Below are positions 1 through 9,568 of a stretch of DNA of 44,750 nt, piece after piece (position 1 is the first letter of the stretch; every line of letters begins with the position of its first letter). Origin of the DNA: Candidatus Poribacteria bacterium (GTDB lineage Bacteria > Poribacteria > WGA-4E > PCPOR2b); assembly GCA_027296925.1 (NCBI GenBank), contig JAPUIP010000270.1:1-44750 (forward strand), written 5' to 3'. The notes below the pieces were generated by a model. The model was not told the origin of the DNA. It worked only from the letters and a program-made list of their open reading frames with translations, and made no database searches. The position numbers were made by a program, and so were the translations under genes.

Positions 1-6
1 ATTGAG

Positions 7-966
7 CTAATGGCGGTAGTAGTTGATCACTTTCAATAAAAGCTCATCAACGCTGACTTGGGGCTCCCAACCCACGTATTGTTTTATTTTCGTGATATCG
101 GGAATACGCCGCTTCATATCTTCAAACCCAACCCCGTAAACCTCTTCATATGGTATATGCTGAATGGATGACCGACTGCCCGTTAGCTGAATCACTCGTT
201 CTGCAAGTGCCCGGATGGCAATTTCCTGGATTCCCCCGATATTGAAGACCTCCCCTGGGGTGCTCGAGTTTTCCATCAGAAGCACAACTGCCCGGACAGC
301 GTCGGACACGTCAGTGAAACATCGGCTCTGCGTACCATCGCCGTGGACGATGAGCGGTTCACCCTTCAGCGCTTGCTCGACGAATCGCGGCACCACCATA
401 CCATACCGCCCTGTCTGTCGAACTCCGCACGTGTTAAAAAAACGGACGATGACAGCAGGCAGCTTTTTTTCGTCCCAGTATGCCAACGCTAAGAATTCAT
501 CTAAAGCCTTCGTGCACGCATAACTCCATCGATACGCGCTCGTCGCTCCCATGAGCCGGTCGCTTGTCTCTTTGTAGGGAACGGCTCCGTTTTTTCCATA
601 CACCTCCGAGGTCGAAGCAATAAGAACGCGCTGCTTTTTGACGCTTGCCAATTCAAGTAGGATCTCCGTTCCCCGCACATTAATCTGGATCGTTTTGAGC
701 GGGTTTTCCATAATATACTTCACACCCACTGCCGCAGCCAGATGATAGATCATATCCGATTCGTCAATCAGTTCCCGCATCAAGGATTCATCAAGGATAC
801 TTCCGGGCACGAACGAAAATCGGGGATGGTCCATAAGAGGTTCGATGTTGGACAGATTGCCCGTGGAAAGATTATCCATTGCACAAACACGATGTCCTTT
901 TTCGAGCAATTTGTCGGCTAAATGGGAACCGATAAATCCAGCACCTCCCGTGATCAATACGTTCAT
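7..966 (-). CDS. NAD-dependent NDP-sugar epimerase/dehydratase (extended SDR family)
   Basis: 319-aa ORF with the Rossmann motif VLITGGAGFIGSH, STSEVYG, and the catalytic YxxxK (YACTK). TAG stop at 7-9. Confidence 0.85.
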   Translation of the reverse strand: MNVLITGGAGFIGSHLADKLLEKGHRVCAMDNLSTGNLSNIEPLMDHPRFSFVPGSILDESLMRELIDESDMIYHLAAAVGVKYIMENPLKTIQINVRGTEILLELASVKKQRVLIASTSEVYGKNGAVPYKETSDRLMGATSAYRWSYACTKALDEFLALAYWDEKKLPAVIVRFFNTCGVRQTGRYGMVVPRFVEQALKGEPLIVHGDGTQSRCFTDVSDAVRAVVLLMENSSTPGEVFNIGGIQEIAIRALAERVIQLTGSRSSIQHIPYEEVYGVGFEDMKRRIPDITKIKQYVGWEPQVSVDELLLKVINYYRH

Positions 967-1231
967 ATATCAGCCTCGCAGTCATTGTTAAACATCTAAT
1001 GTGAATGGTGCCGCAGGGATTTGACCATAGAGCGCACCAGAAATTCCACAGCGTTTTTGGGAATGTCCGACAATTATCGCACGATTTCGAGATCAAGTCT
1101 ATAGGGCGAGGGCCCGATTCCAGATCGGGCGAAGCCCCGATTTTACAGCGCCGAATGAAAACCGATTGACGGTCGCATCAGGCCTTTTGGCGCTGATAGA
1201 AGACAGACCATTTATCGATCTGTCAAAGCGA

Positions 1232-2908
1232 TCAGAGACGGTAGAGGGCTATAAATACGATTTCATGTTGGTTGTCGCGAATGCCTTCTTGATGATTCAG
1301 ATTCCGAATGTGTGAGAAGGTATATCGCCCTTCCACGAGAAAAGTGCCAACGGCGTGGTACTGCCCTTCCACAGAAAAGGCATGTGTAGATTCTGTTGTT
1401 CCCGATAGAAACTCCCACTGATCATCGGAAGGCGCATCCGCCGGATGAGGTTTTGTCACATCTCCCTCCCCGTGACGCTCCAGTTCGTAGGTCAACGCCG
1501 CTGATAGCGTGTCCGTCAACCAATACTTAAAGTTAATCCAGAGATCATCTGCATCGGATCCAATTTCGTGGCCAATCAATCGATCAAAATGAGTGTAGGC
1601 GTTAATTGGGCGGATATGCGTATAGGAAAACTGATTGATAAACGTGTATTCGATTCTGAAATCGGCGTTATCGATTGATAGGAGATCTATCAGATGAATC
1701 CCCAGTTGGAGACCAAACTTGCTCCCCCAGTTCCGATAGCTGTTTAACCCATATCGGGGTTGAAAATCATCGATCATCAGTTCGCCGTAGAGCGCGAGAT
1801 TCCGTAATATTCGTAATTCCAGATCGCCACTAATCAAGACGTTGCCAACGCTTGTTTCCCTTTCGCCGAGGAACCCCCCTCCAGAAGGTTCGGTAACGGT
1901 GTAGACCGAAAAGGGGTTGAGGAGACGAAGCTCAAAGGCACCTTCGCCAATCACCACGGATTCAGCAATCCCCAGATTCCCCTTATCCCACAAGTTGAAA
2001 TCTAATCGGTGTGCCGAGAGCACTTTATTCCCAACGGGGCTTTCGGCAATCGCTGTGAGGGCGTTAAAACCAATTTTGCCGTATTGTGCCTGAATTTGAA
2101 TCATGTCCATCGGAAGTGCATTTGCCGAAAGAAGCAGGTTGCCCCGTCTTCCCGGTCCCCAACTCACATTATCCCTCCCAATCAGTAAATCAAACCAGGG
2201 CAACTTAAACTTTGCGTAGGCCGGGACGAGCCCGGCAGTGGTGAATCCCGCCTTTCCACCTTGCTTGTTTTCTACTTCAACACGTACGGTATCTTCTAAA
2301 ATCGTGTTGGTAATGAGATAGAAACGTAAATCTGTCAAGAATACGAAATCATCACGGACGCTCCCACTGACAATCGGACGGATCTGCTGGGCAAATTCCG
2401 TTCCCGATGGTTCTGCGGGCTTGGTGCGGTGTGTGGTCAGCTCACCCAATTCAAGATTGAGATCAAAACGGTATTCATTCCCTTTCGCTTGTAATAAAGG
2501 AGATTCGTTTGAAAGGAATCGGGTTAATCGATTAAGACGTTCTCGTTCGATCTCTGTGAGTGGAAAATCTCCTTGACGCAACTGATCGAGAATCTTGGCA
2601 ACGTCGCCCTGTGAGTAGGGACGGCGATTTTTTAGCAATTCCTTTAGTTGATATTTAAGGCTGACCCGATCAATAAACGCATAAACCTCCTGAACCATTG
2701 GGTCATCTAAGGGTATATTGAGCAGACTGTGCGCGCCGGTGGCGGCGTCAGAAAATATACACAACAGGAATAACCAAATGATTGGGTATCGCCAAAGGAT
2801 GCGCTGGTTCAGCGAAGGAAGGCCTCGCATAGCCGGGCCTGGTAGATGGGTCGGTTTTAATCCAATGGTCATTGACGTGCTTTTGCCTCGATAGTGACCA
2901 TACTCCAC
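1232..2908 (-). CDS. Wzi-like (capsule-assembly family) outer-membrane protein; start uncertain
   Basis: 558-aa ORF with a signal-like hydrophobic segment (IIWLFLLCIFSDAATGA). The N-terminal motif PLDDPMVQEVYAFIDRV...RRPYSQGDVAKIL resembles the Wzi N-terminal signature. The remainder is beta-strand-like. The longest start is GTG 2908; ATGs at 2872 and 2830 are also possible. Confidence 0.55.
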   Translation of the reverse strand: MEYGHYRGKSTSMTIGLKPTHLPGPAMRGLPSLNQRILWRYPIIWLFLLCIFSDAATGAHSLLNIPLDDPMVQEVYAFIDRVSLKYQLKELLKNRRPYSQGDVAKILDQLRQGDFPLTEIERERLNRLTRFLSNESPLLQAKGNEYRFDLNLELGELTTHRTKPAEPSGTEFAQQIRPIVSGSVRDDFVFLTDLRFYLITNTILEDTVRVEVENKQGGKAGFTTAGLVPAYAKFKLPWFDLLIGRDNVSWGPGRRGNLLLSANALPMDMIQIQAQYGKIGFNALTAIAESPVGNKVLSAHRLDFNLWDKGNLGIAESVVIGEGAFELRLLNPFSVYTVTEPSGGGFLGERETSVGNVLISGDLELRILRNLALYGELMIDDFQPRYGLNSYRNWGSKFGLQLGIHLIDLLSIDNADFRIEYTFINQFSYTHIRPINAYTHFDRLIGHEIGSDADDLWINFKYWLTDTLSAALTYELERHGEGDVTKPHPADAPSDDQWEFLSGTTESTHAFSVEGQYHAVGTFLVEGRYTFSHIRNLNHQEGIRDNQHEIVFIALYRL

Positions 2909-2911
2909 GTT

Positions 2912-4222
2912 TCACTGCCCATCAACAAATCGGTGAAAATTCCCCCCGAACAACGCCGCCACATCGCGCTCAATCTCTGCCTCCGTCAATCCCCAGCCGG
3001 AGTCGAGAAGATCTTGGTACTTGTCCGCCAGAACGTCCGCGATGATCTGCCGCGAATGTTTCCATTTGTAGACAAGCTGATCCAGGATGCGCGCATCCGA
3101 ATGTTGCGGAATCACGCTTAGCCCAAGCAGCTCGATTCGTTCACGGGTGATTTCGTCGATGATGCTTGGGTTGTTCATGAACCACCAGCAACCGAAGACC
3201 ATCAGATTGCGGAATTTCCTTGCGAGGACACATAGTTCATGCTGATTTTCTCGTGAGAGCAGGGTCACCAGAAATCTGTTGTTTGGATGTTCGCGCAGCA
3301 GATTTTCCAGGCTCGTCAGATCCGCTTTGCCCATCCCGTCCCCCGCTAATCTTAATCGCGGGTTGACCGCCCTTCTGACACCGATCATCAGCGCAAAAGG
3401 AATGTTGAATTCCCGCGAAACCGGTAGTACACATGCCTGAATGATTTTGCCTCGCGCCGAATCGTCGGGAAATTGGAAGTCCGGCGGCAGGGAAACCGCC
3501 ATGTACTTCGGCTGCATCCGCTGAATCCAGTCTTCGATAAACCGGCGAATCTCCTTCAACGCGGTTTCGGAGAGCGACCCATCTACGTTATAGCCGAACG
3601 CGGTCAACTGCTGACATCCTGTTTCCGGATATGTATTCAGCAACGCATCCAGCCGCAACGCCGCATGAAACCGGGGGTCGCCGGTCATTTCTGAAAGCCA
3701 CACCGGGCGCTCGGCTGGATCGAAAGGATCATTGGTCATGACTACCTCTTTGACCTGCGCGAGCGCGAAGACCACGTCGATGTAGTCCTCAACCTTCATG
3801 CTGGCAAAATAGTCCCGATAGCTTTGCAGATCTCGGGATTTCACATCGAGACCAAGTTCGTTCAGCGTTGTCACGATCCCCCGGCACGCCTCGCTAATTG
3901 GCGAATTCTCGATAAACAGGGTTTGCCAGATAAGATCGGCTTGTTCCGTTTTGGTCAGCGCCCAATACTGCTCGTAGGAAATCTGCGTCTTTCTGAATGT
4001 CTCGGCAATGAGATAGTGGTACGTGATCAGATCATCGATGCCCCACAGGAGCAGTGTTCCAAAAGCCGGGCTAAAAAGATGCGTATGAATATCTGTCACC
4101 TCTTGGGAGTGCACAGCTTTAACAACGGTCGCTTTCAGGCTTTGTGAACTGATAATTGTTCCATTCATAGCGGTCCTCAGTCTGAATCCATTCGTAGGTA
4201 AGACAGATCGAGTCAACGACAC
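2912..4222 (-). CDS. glucuronate isomerase-like protein (amidohydrolase-fold TIM barrel)
   Basis: 436-aa ORF. DIHTHL followed by GIDDLITYHYL resembles the DYHCHL / GDHYKW N-terminal metal-site region of UxaC. Call made by eye only. Confidence 0.5.
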   Translation of the reverse strand: MSLTRSVLPTNGFRLRTAMNGTIISSQSLKATVVKAVHSQEVTDIHTHLFSPAFGTLLLWGIDDLITYHYLIAETFRKTQISYEQYWALTKTEQADLIWQTLFIENSPISEACRGIVTTLNELGLDVKSRDLQSYRDYFASMKVEDYIDVVFALAQVKEVVMTNDPFDPAERPVWLSEMTGDPRFHAALRLDALLNTYPETGCQQLTAFGYNVDGSLSETALKEIRRFIEDWIQRMQPKYMAVSLPPDFQFPDDSARGKIIQACVLPVSREFNIPFALMIGVRRAVNPRLRLAGDGMGKADLTSLENLLREHPNNRFLVTLLSRENQHELCVLARKFRNLMVFGCWWFMNNPSIIDEITRERIELLGLSVIPQHSDARILDQLVYKWKHSRQIIADVLADKYQDLLDSGWGLTEAEIERDVAALFGGNFHRFVDGQ

Positions 4223-4235
4223 TCCGGAAAAAGCC

Positions 4236-4265
4236 TTGACACCGACGCCATACGTTTGATATATT
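4236..4265 (+). promoter_or_regulatory. candidate sigma-70 promoter (TTGACA-18 nt-TATATT)
   Basis: TTGACA at 4236-4241, TATATT at 4260-4265, 18-nt spacer. Lies in the divergent intergenic region upstream of the 4452 ORF and the S8 peptidase. Confidence 0.3.
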
Positions 4266-4451
4266 CATTTGGTCTGGCTCAAACTGGAAATCGTCTGTTT
4301 GAAGGGCATAGATGGGACGTACAACGCATTTCGCTCAAAGCACGCTTCGGGAGTATTGTACAGCCCGTGCCTACCTCTGTCAATGAGAAAATCCCTTCAT
4401 GAGCCTTGCTAGAGGAGACTCGGTTCGGCATGGCATTGAATTTCGAGACCT

Positions 4452-4802
4452 ATGGCAGAACAAGCACCCTATACCACAATGCAGGTTGGAGATTGGGAAT
4501 ACGGATTGCCTCGCTATATGCGCGCGGTGCTGGAGATCGCTGGACTCGCGGACGGAGATTATACAATCGATGAGTTCATCGAGAAGATAAATCGGGTTGC
4601 ACACGATCCGGGGCGTGACGGCGAAATTGCTTTGTTTGTCAATGTTGCGAAGCTGTTGTTCGTCGAATTTGCCAGGATGGCTGAGCCCAATGAGCAGATT
4701 GGGTTAGCAAATATTCAGTATGCCGCCGAGGCGGAAGACGCAGGAGAGAAGATTGACCTTGTGGATAGGGCGCTCCCAGAGCCCCAAATCACGCACCCAT
4801 AG
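4452..4802 (+). CDS. hypothetical protein
   Basis: 116-aa acidic ORF with no recognisable motif and a weak RBS. Its 3' end overlaps the longest version of the S8 peptidase ORF. Confidence 0.4.
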   Translation: MAEQAPYTTMQVGDWEYGLPRYMRAVLEIAGLADGDYTIDEFIEKINRVAHDPGRDGEIALFVNVAKLLFVEFARMAEPNEQIGLANIQYAAEAEDAGEKIDLVDRALPEPQITHP

Positions 4803-4872
4803 AAAGAGATATATAAGGATACGGGGATGCGGGGCTGAAGCGGCGCGTCTCGGCATCAGTTTCCTGGCAATC

Positions 4873-6699
4873 ATGCTTGCCTTATTTGTTGTATCAGCCG
4901 CGATCGCGGCACCTTTTCCGCCTCGAACTCACAAAATTGCTCCCTCGATCAGTCTGGAGGCTGCTGACGAAGCACAACCCATTTGGGTACTTTTCACTGA
5001 CAAAGGGCATCGGACGGCATCCGAGCTCCAGGAGGCATTGGATCGGTATCAAGCACAGATGTCAGATCGGGTGAGACATCGCCGCAGGTACCGGGCGCAT
5101 CTGAGTCGTCCTGACTTTACGGATGCGCCACTCGCTTCCAGTTATGTTGATGCAGTTCTGCAAGTCGGTGGCAGGCTGCGCCGTAAAAGTCGTTGGCTCA
5201 ATGGCATTAGTCTGGAAGCAACCTCGGTGGAAATCCGCGCCATTGCCCGCCTACCGTTTGTCCGGGGCATTGACCCGATTAAGCGTTACACGGAGACTTT
5301 TGAACGACCATCCGGTGATTCGGAATCGTCATCGCCCCGCGCGCCTTCTACCGTTGAGCAATTGGACTATGGGGTTGCCAGTCGACAAATTACGCAGATC
5401 CAAGCGGACTTTTTGCACCAAGAAGGTTTTGTCGGAGAAGGGATGGTCATTGGTCTACTCGATACAGGATTCAGCCTTGACCACACGGCACTCCAGCGTG
5501 TGGACGTGATCGCGCAGTACGATTTTGTCGACGACGATGCGAATACCGCGGATGAAGTGGGGCAAGATGATCCGGATCAGGATGACCACGGCTCAGTTGT
5601 ACTGGGAATCCTCGCCGGCAACGCGCCGGGACAACTGATGGGTATCGCGTATCGGGCAAGCTATCTCCTCGGCAAAACGGAGAAGGTCTCTGAAAACGGC
5701 CGTGAATTTGAGCGGCAGATCGAAGAAGATTGGTGGATCGAGGGCCTGGAATGGCTTGAGGAAATGGGCGCGGATGTGGTCAGCAGCTCACTCGGCTATT
5801 CCGTATGGTACCGTTTCAAGGACCTCGATGGAAAAACCTCAAAACTCACAGTCGCCGCAAACCTCGCCGTCCAAAAAGGGATGCCGGTGCTCATCGCCGC
5901 CGGGAATCTCGGCGCACAGCCGCCCGGCGATCTCGGGTTGCCGGGGCGAATCAATGTGCCTGCGGACGGATTTGATGTGCTTGCAGTCGGCGCCGTAAAT
6001 GGCAGCGGCAGGGCCAGCCAGTTTAGTGCGCATGGGCCCACCTTCGACGGACGGATTAAACCGGATCTGATGGCGATGGGTGAGGGCGTCACGAGCATCA
6101 ATACATTGACACGCAGTAGCTACTCCAGTCGCCACCGTGGAACGTCAGTTTCCACCCCGCTGGCTGCGGGCGTTGTGACGTTGTTACTACAAGCTTTTCC
6201 TCTTGCGACAGCGCAAGATATTGTCAACGTGCTTCGTGAAACTGCGTCCCAAGCGGACAAACCAAATAACACATTCGGTTATGGAATTATTCGCGCCAGA
6301 CGTGCTTATGAAGCGCTGCTCGATCAATTTGGACACACAGGGCTGCCCACCCCGGTTGCAGTTGAACCGCAGCCCAAGAGTTTGTCGATTCTTTTCGGAG
6401 AACTGAAGCGCGGCACGCTTTTTCAGAACTACCCGAATCCATTCAACGCGGAAACGTGGATACCCTTTGAGCTCGCATTTCCCAGCCGAGTCACGATTCG
6501 CATCTATGACCTGCAAGGGCAGATGATAAGCGTCCTTGAACTCGGCGACCTCCCGGTTGGGAATTATACCTCCAAACAACGCGCCGCATATTGGAATGGA
6601 CGCAATCTCCACGGCGAACACACGGCAAGCGGCAGCTATTTTTACGTCCTGGAACTTCTGGGGGAAACCTACACACGGAAGATGATTTTGTTGGAATGA
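4873..6699 (+). CDS. secreted S8 (subtilisin-family) serine peptidase with a C-terminal PNPFN-type (T9SS-CTD / FlgD-Ig-like) domain
   Basis: Catalytic triad contexts LLDTGF (Asp), DDHGSVV (His) and GTSVSTPLAAG (Ser), plus oxyanion AAGNLG. C-terminus reads FQNYPNPFNAETWIPFEL...IRIYDLQGQ...GSYFYVLE. The ATG at 4873 gives a signal peptide (MLALFVVSAAIAAPF). The longest ORF starts at 4720 but overlaps the upstream ORF. Confidence 0.9.
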   Translation: MLALFVVSAAIAAPFPPRTHKIAPSISLEAADEAQPIWVLFTDKGHRTASELQEALDRYQAQMSDRVRHRRRYRAHLSRPDFTDAPLASSYVDAVLQVGGRLRRKSRWLNGISLEATSVEIRAIARLPFVRGIDPIKRYTETFERPSGDSESSSPRAPSTVEQLDYGVASRQITQIQADFLHQEGFVGEGMVIGLLDTGFSLDHTALQRVDVIAQYDFVDDDANTADEVGQDDPDQDDHGSVVLGILAGNAPGQLMGIAYRASYLLGKTEKVSENGREFERQIEEDWWIEGLEWLEEMGADVVSSSLGYSVWYRFKDLDGKTSKLTVAANLAVQKGMPVLIAAGNLGAQPPGDLGLPGRINVPADGFDVLAVGAVNGSGRASQFSAHGPTFDGRIKPDLMAMGEGVTSINTLTRSSYSSRHRGTSVSTPLAAGVVTLLLQAFPLATAQDIVNVLRETASQADKPNNTFGYGIIRARRAYEALLDQFGHTGLPTPVAVEPQPKSLSILFGELKRGTLFQNYPNPFNAETWIPFELAFPSRVTIRIYDLQGQMISVLELGDLPVGNYTSKQRAAYWNGRNLHGEHTASGSYFYVLELLGETYTRKMILLE

Positions 6700-6793
6700 G
6701 GAGGGATTTTCGTCATGTAGTCAACCAGAGCCACCTTGCATTCCGGTGGTGCGAGACGGACCGTCTGACCGAAATGTGTAGCCACTTTTTAGT

Positions 6794-6822
6794 TGGCAAG
6801 GGACAGTTTTTGGGTTATAATT
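6794..6822 (+). promoter_or_regulatory. sigma-70-type promoter for pspA (TTGGCA-17 nt-TATAAT)
   Basis: TTGGCA at 6794-6799, exactly 17 nt of spacer, perfect TATAAT at 6817-6822. About 97 nt upstream of the pspA ATG. Confidence 0.55.
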
Positions 6823-6918
6823 GATCTAAGTGAACCTGCCCTACAGACAATGGCAAAAAGCTAATAACATGAAATCCATGTGTACGAAGTTATCACGCCA
6901 AAAAGAGGAGACATCACA

Positions 6919-7596
6919 ATGGGATTTTTTAACCGCATATCCACTATATTTAAAGCCAATGTGAATGACGCATTGGATAAGGCTGAAGATCCAGAAAAGA
7001 TGCTGAATCAGATTACCACTGAGATGCAGGAGCAACTGGTGACGGTCAAACAACAGGTTGCTGCCTCGATTGCCAACGAGAAGCGGCTCCAAAGGGACTA
7101 CGAAAAAGAGCAGGAGCAAGCAGATGGTTGGGAACAGAAGGCGACCATAGCCTTGCAGAGGGATAACGAAGACCTCGCCAGGCAGGCGCTTGCGCGTCGT
7201 AATGAGCATCGAGATATCGCCAACGGCTATAAGGAACAATGGGAGAAGCAGAGACAGGCTGTTGAAACGCTCAAGGAAAATCTTCGAATCCTTGAACGGA
7301 AGATTGAGGAAGCCCGGCGTAAGAAAGACTTGCTAATCGCTCGGCAAAAGCGTGCGAAGGCTCAAAAGATGATTCATGAGACGATGGCGGGCATGAAGGA
7401 CAACAGCGCCTTTGCAAGCTTTGAGCGGATGGAAGCAAAAGTCGGAGACATGGAAGCTCGCGCGGATGCCGCAGCAGAGATGGCTGAAATGAGCCGTGAT
7501 CCGCTTGAGGATGAATTCGCCGCCCTCGAAACCGGGAGTGTAGATGACGATTTGGCAGCCCTGAAAGCCAAAGTCAGTGGAAGCGGCAATGCCTAA
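6919..7596 (+). CDS. pspA: PspA/IM30 (Vipp1) family membrane-stress protein
   Basis: MGFFNRISTIFKANVNDALDKAEDPEKMLNQ... is the canonical PspA/IM30 N-terminus, and the rest is coiled-coil rich. AGGAG RBS lies 8 nt upstream of ATG 6919. Confidence 0.9.
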   Translation: MGFFNRISTIFKANVNDALDKAEDPEKMLNQITTEMQEQLVTVKQQVAASIANEKRLQRDYEKEQEQADGWEQKATIALQRDNEDLARQALARRNEHRDIANGYKEQWEKQRQAVETLKENLRILERKIEEARRKKDLLIARQKRAKAQKMIHETMAGMKDNSAFASFERMEAKVGDMEARADAAAEMAEMSRDPLEDEFAALETGSVDDDLAALKAKVSGSGNA

Positions 7597-7664
7597 AATG
7601 GCAAACGGACATGTCCGGAGATTGCGGCGGAGCCTTCCGCTCGTCATATAAAAGGAGGAGACCA

Positions 7665-8081
7665 ATGTCAGAGTTAAGGACGCAAGCAGATATCATTGTA
7701 TATCTGGCTGAGCAGGGGTATAGCGTCACCCAAGAGGGCAGTATCCTGATCATTCAAGACGAGGACGAACTGAATATTTTTGCCGTAGTTAATGAAAACC
7801 AGATCGAGTTTATGATCGATCTGTGTAGCGTGAATGCGCTCGATACCACCAAACTTGAGGAGATCTACGAAAACATCCTTGACCAAAACACGGAAATCCT
7901 TCCATCCTGTTTCGGAATTGACTCCAATGACCCGGCTGACAAGCGCATCGTGTTGGTTGATAGCCTCGCAACGGAGAATCTGGATGCGAATGAACTGCTG
8001 CTCTCCTTGGATTCCCTCTCCGTCAATGTTGTAACTGCTCACGAATTACTACTGCCCTATCTCAAGCAGTCGGCTTCGTAA
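7665..8081 (+). CDS. small acidic PspA-partner protein, YbjN/DUF2170-like (T3SS-chaperone-like) by pattern
   Basis: 138-aa ORF from ATG 7665, with AGGAGG upstream. The pattern LDQNTEILPSCFGIDSN...IVLVDSLATENLDANELLLSLDSL resembles YbjN/YjfI-type proteins. It sits 68 nt downstream of pspA. Confidence 0.5.
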   Translation: MSELRTQADIIVYLAEQGYSVTQEGSILIIQDEDELNIFAVVNENQIEFMIDLCSVNALDTTKLEEIYENILDQNTEILPSCFGIDSNDPADKRIVLVDSLATENLDANELLLSLDSLSVNVVTAHELLLPYLKQSAS

Positions 8082-8136
8082 TTCAAATGGGATTGAGATG
8101 ACCTGTTACATCATGCCGAAATGATGAAAGGTTCCT

Positions 8137-8910
8137 ATGAAAATCTATATTCTCACCGATTTGGAAGGGGCGGCCATGGTGTCCCGGTTCAGTCAAACTC
8201 GTGAGGAGGGGCCATCAAAGCAGACAGCGATGAAACTCCTGACATGGGAAGTAAACGCCGCTGTTGATGGCATCCTGGACGTCGATCCGGACGCCGAGGT
8301 TGTGGTTTGGGATGGACACGGTAGCGGTGGGCTTGATGTGTTAGAATTTCATTCGGAAGCAAAGTTGATCACGAGGGGCCCAATCCGTCCCCCTTACTAC
8401 CTCGATGAGACCTATGACGCCCTCTTTTTCGTTGGACAGCATGCAATGGCAGGCACGCCAAATGCGCCGCTGAGCCATACCTACTCATCAAGGTCGGTCG
8501 AATACTACAAGCTCAACGGGATGCGAATCGGGGAATTTGGTTGCCGTGCGGTGATGGCAGGTAGCTTCGATGTCCCAACGGTATTCATTTCAGGAGACGA
8601 TAAGGCAGTCGCCGAGGCAAAGGAACTGGTTCCGAAAATCTACAGCGTCGAAACCAAACAGGGACTCGGACAGGAACTTGCCTTGCATTTGTCCCCACAG
8701 AAATCGCGGGAGGCCATCCGAAAAACAGCCGCCGAGGCGTGCCGACATATCGATCAGATTCAGCCGCTGAAAATCGATCCGCCCTACGAGCAGGAGATTC
8801 GTGCGCTTGAGGGGCAATCGATTGAGGGGTATTTACGGCGAGGCGCTGTGAAGATTGATGACCGGACGGTTGTGAAGCGCAGCGATACGATATGTGAGCT
8901 TTTCATTTAG
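8137..8910 (+). CDS. M55 family metallopeptidase (DppA-like D-aminopeptidase)
   Basis: MKIYILTDLEGAAMV..., VWDGHGSG, FFVGQHAMAGT and VFISGDDKAVAEAKELVP run parallel to Bacillus DppA. Confidence 0.8.
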   Translation: MKIYILTDLEGAAMVSRFSQTREEGPSKQTAMKLLTWEVNAAVDGILDVDPDAEVVVWDGHGSGGLDVLEFHSEAKLITRGPIRPPYYLDETYDALFFVGQHAMAGTPNAPLSHTYSSRSVEYYKLNGMRIGEFGCRAVMAGSFDVPTVFISGDDKAVAEAKELVPKIYSVETKQGLGQELALHLSPQKSREAIRKTAAEACRHIDQIQPLKIDPPYEQEIRALEGQSIEGYLRRGAVKIDDRTVVKRSDTICELFI

Positions 8911-9018
8911 TGGGAATGAGTGAATTAGAACGGTATAGAAAAAAGGGACAGAACGCAGCAGGATAAACCTTCACTGTGTGTTGAGGCCTACCCCCCCTGT
9001 GTGCGCACTGTCCCATAG

Positions 9019-9040
9019 TTGCGCGATTAACGCGCAATTT
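9019..9040 (+). terminator. possible intrinsic terminator after the psp/M55 operon
   Basis: TTGCGCG-ATTAA-CGCGCAA (7-bp stem, 5-nt loop) followed by only TTT. About 110 nt after the 8910 stop. Confidence 0.3.
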
Positions 9041-9259
9041 CTCCGCAGCTTCCACAATAAGCAATTCTTATGCCATTTATATCATGGACCCGAAATTTAC
9101 CGACGAGGCGTGAAACCGCGGCGCTTACTGGCCAGCGGAGAGTGAAACAGAGAGAAGCGTTACCAGGTTACTGTTTAGAGAAGCCCCAATCCCAGCTTGT
9201 TTGATTCAGCGATGTATACGCCGTATTATACAAATATACACACTTGTTGGCTTGACGAC

Positions 9260-9565
9260 CTAATATGCAGGCGGCGTATAGTTCGTCAGGAAAAAGAGGT
9301 CCGACCGTCCTACGTTGTAAATGTGGTGGCGGGTTTTAGCGGGAACGGTCGCAATCATGCCTGCCTTGAGCTGAAGCTTCTGCTCGGCCACCTGAACTTC
9401 AGCCTCTCCCTCAATGACATAAACGATCTGATTACCCTCATGAATGTCCTCCGGGCCAGAGTCACCCTGGGGTTTAATTGTCATCACGCCGATCTGGGAG
9501 AGCGGCGTTTGTTGTAAGATCCGAAAAAAATGTCCTTTGAACTGTTGAATGTCAATGGGGTTCAT
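9260..9565 (-). CDS. cupin domain protein
   Basis: 101-aa ORF. HEGNQIVYVIEGEAEV...GMIATVPAKTRHHIYN matches the two-motif cupin pattern. Confidence 0.75.
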   Translation of the reverse strand: MNPIDIQQFKGHFFRILQQTPLSQIGVMTIKPQGDSGPEDIHEGNQIVYVIEGEAEVQVAEQKLQLKAGMIATVPAKTRHHIYNVGRSDLFFLTNYTPPAY

Positions 9566-9568
9566 TAC

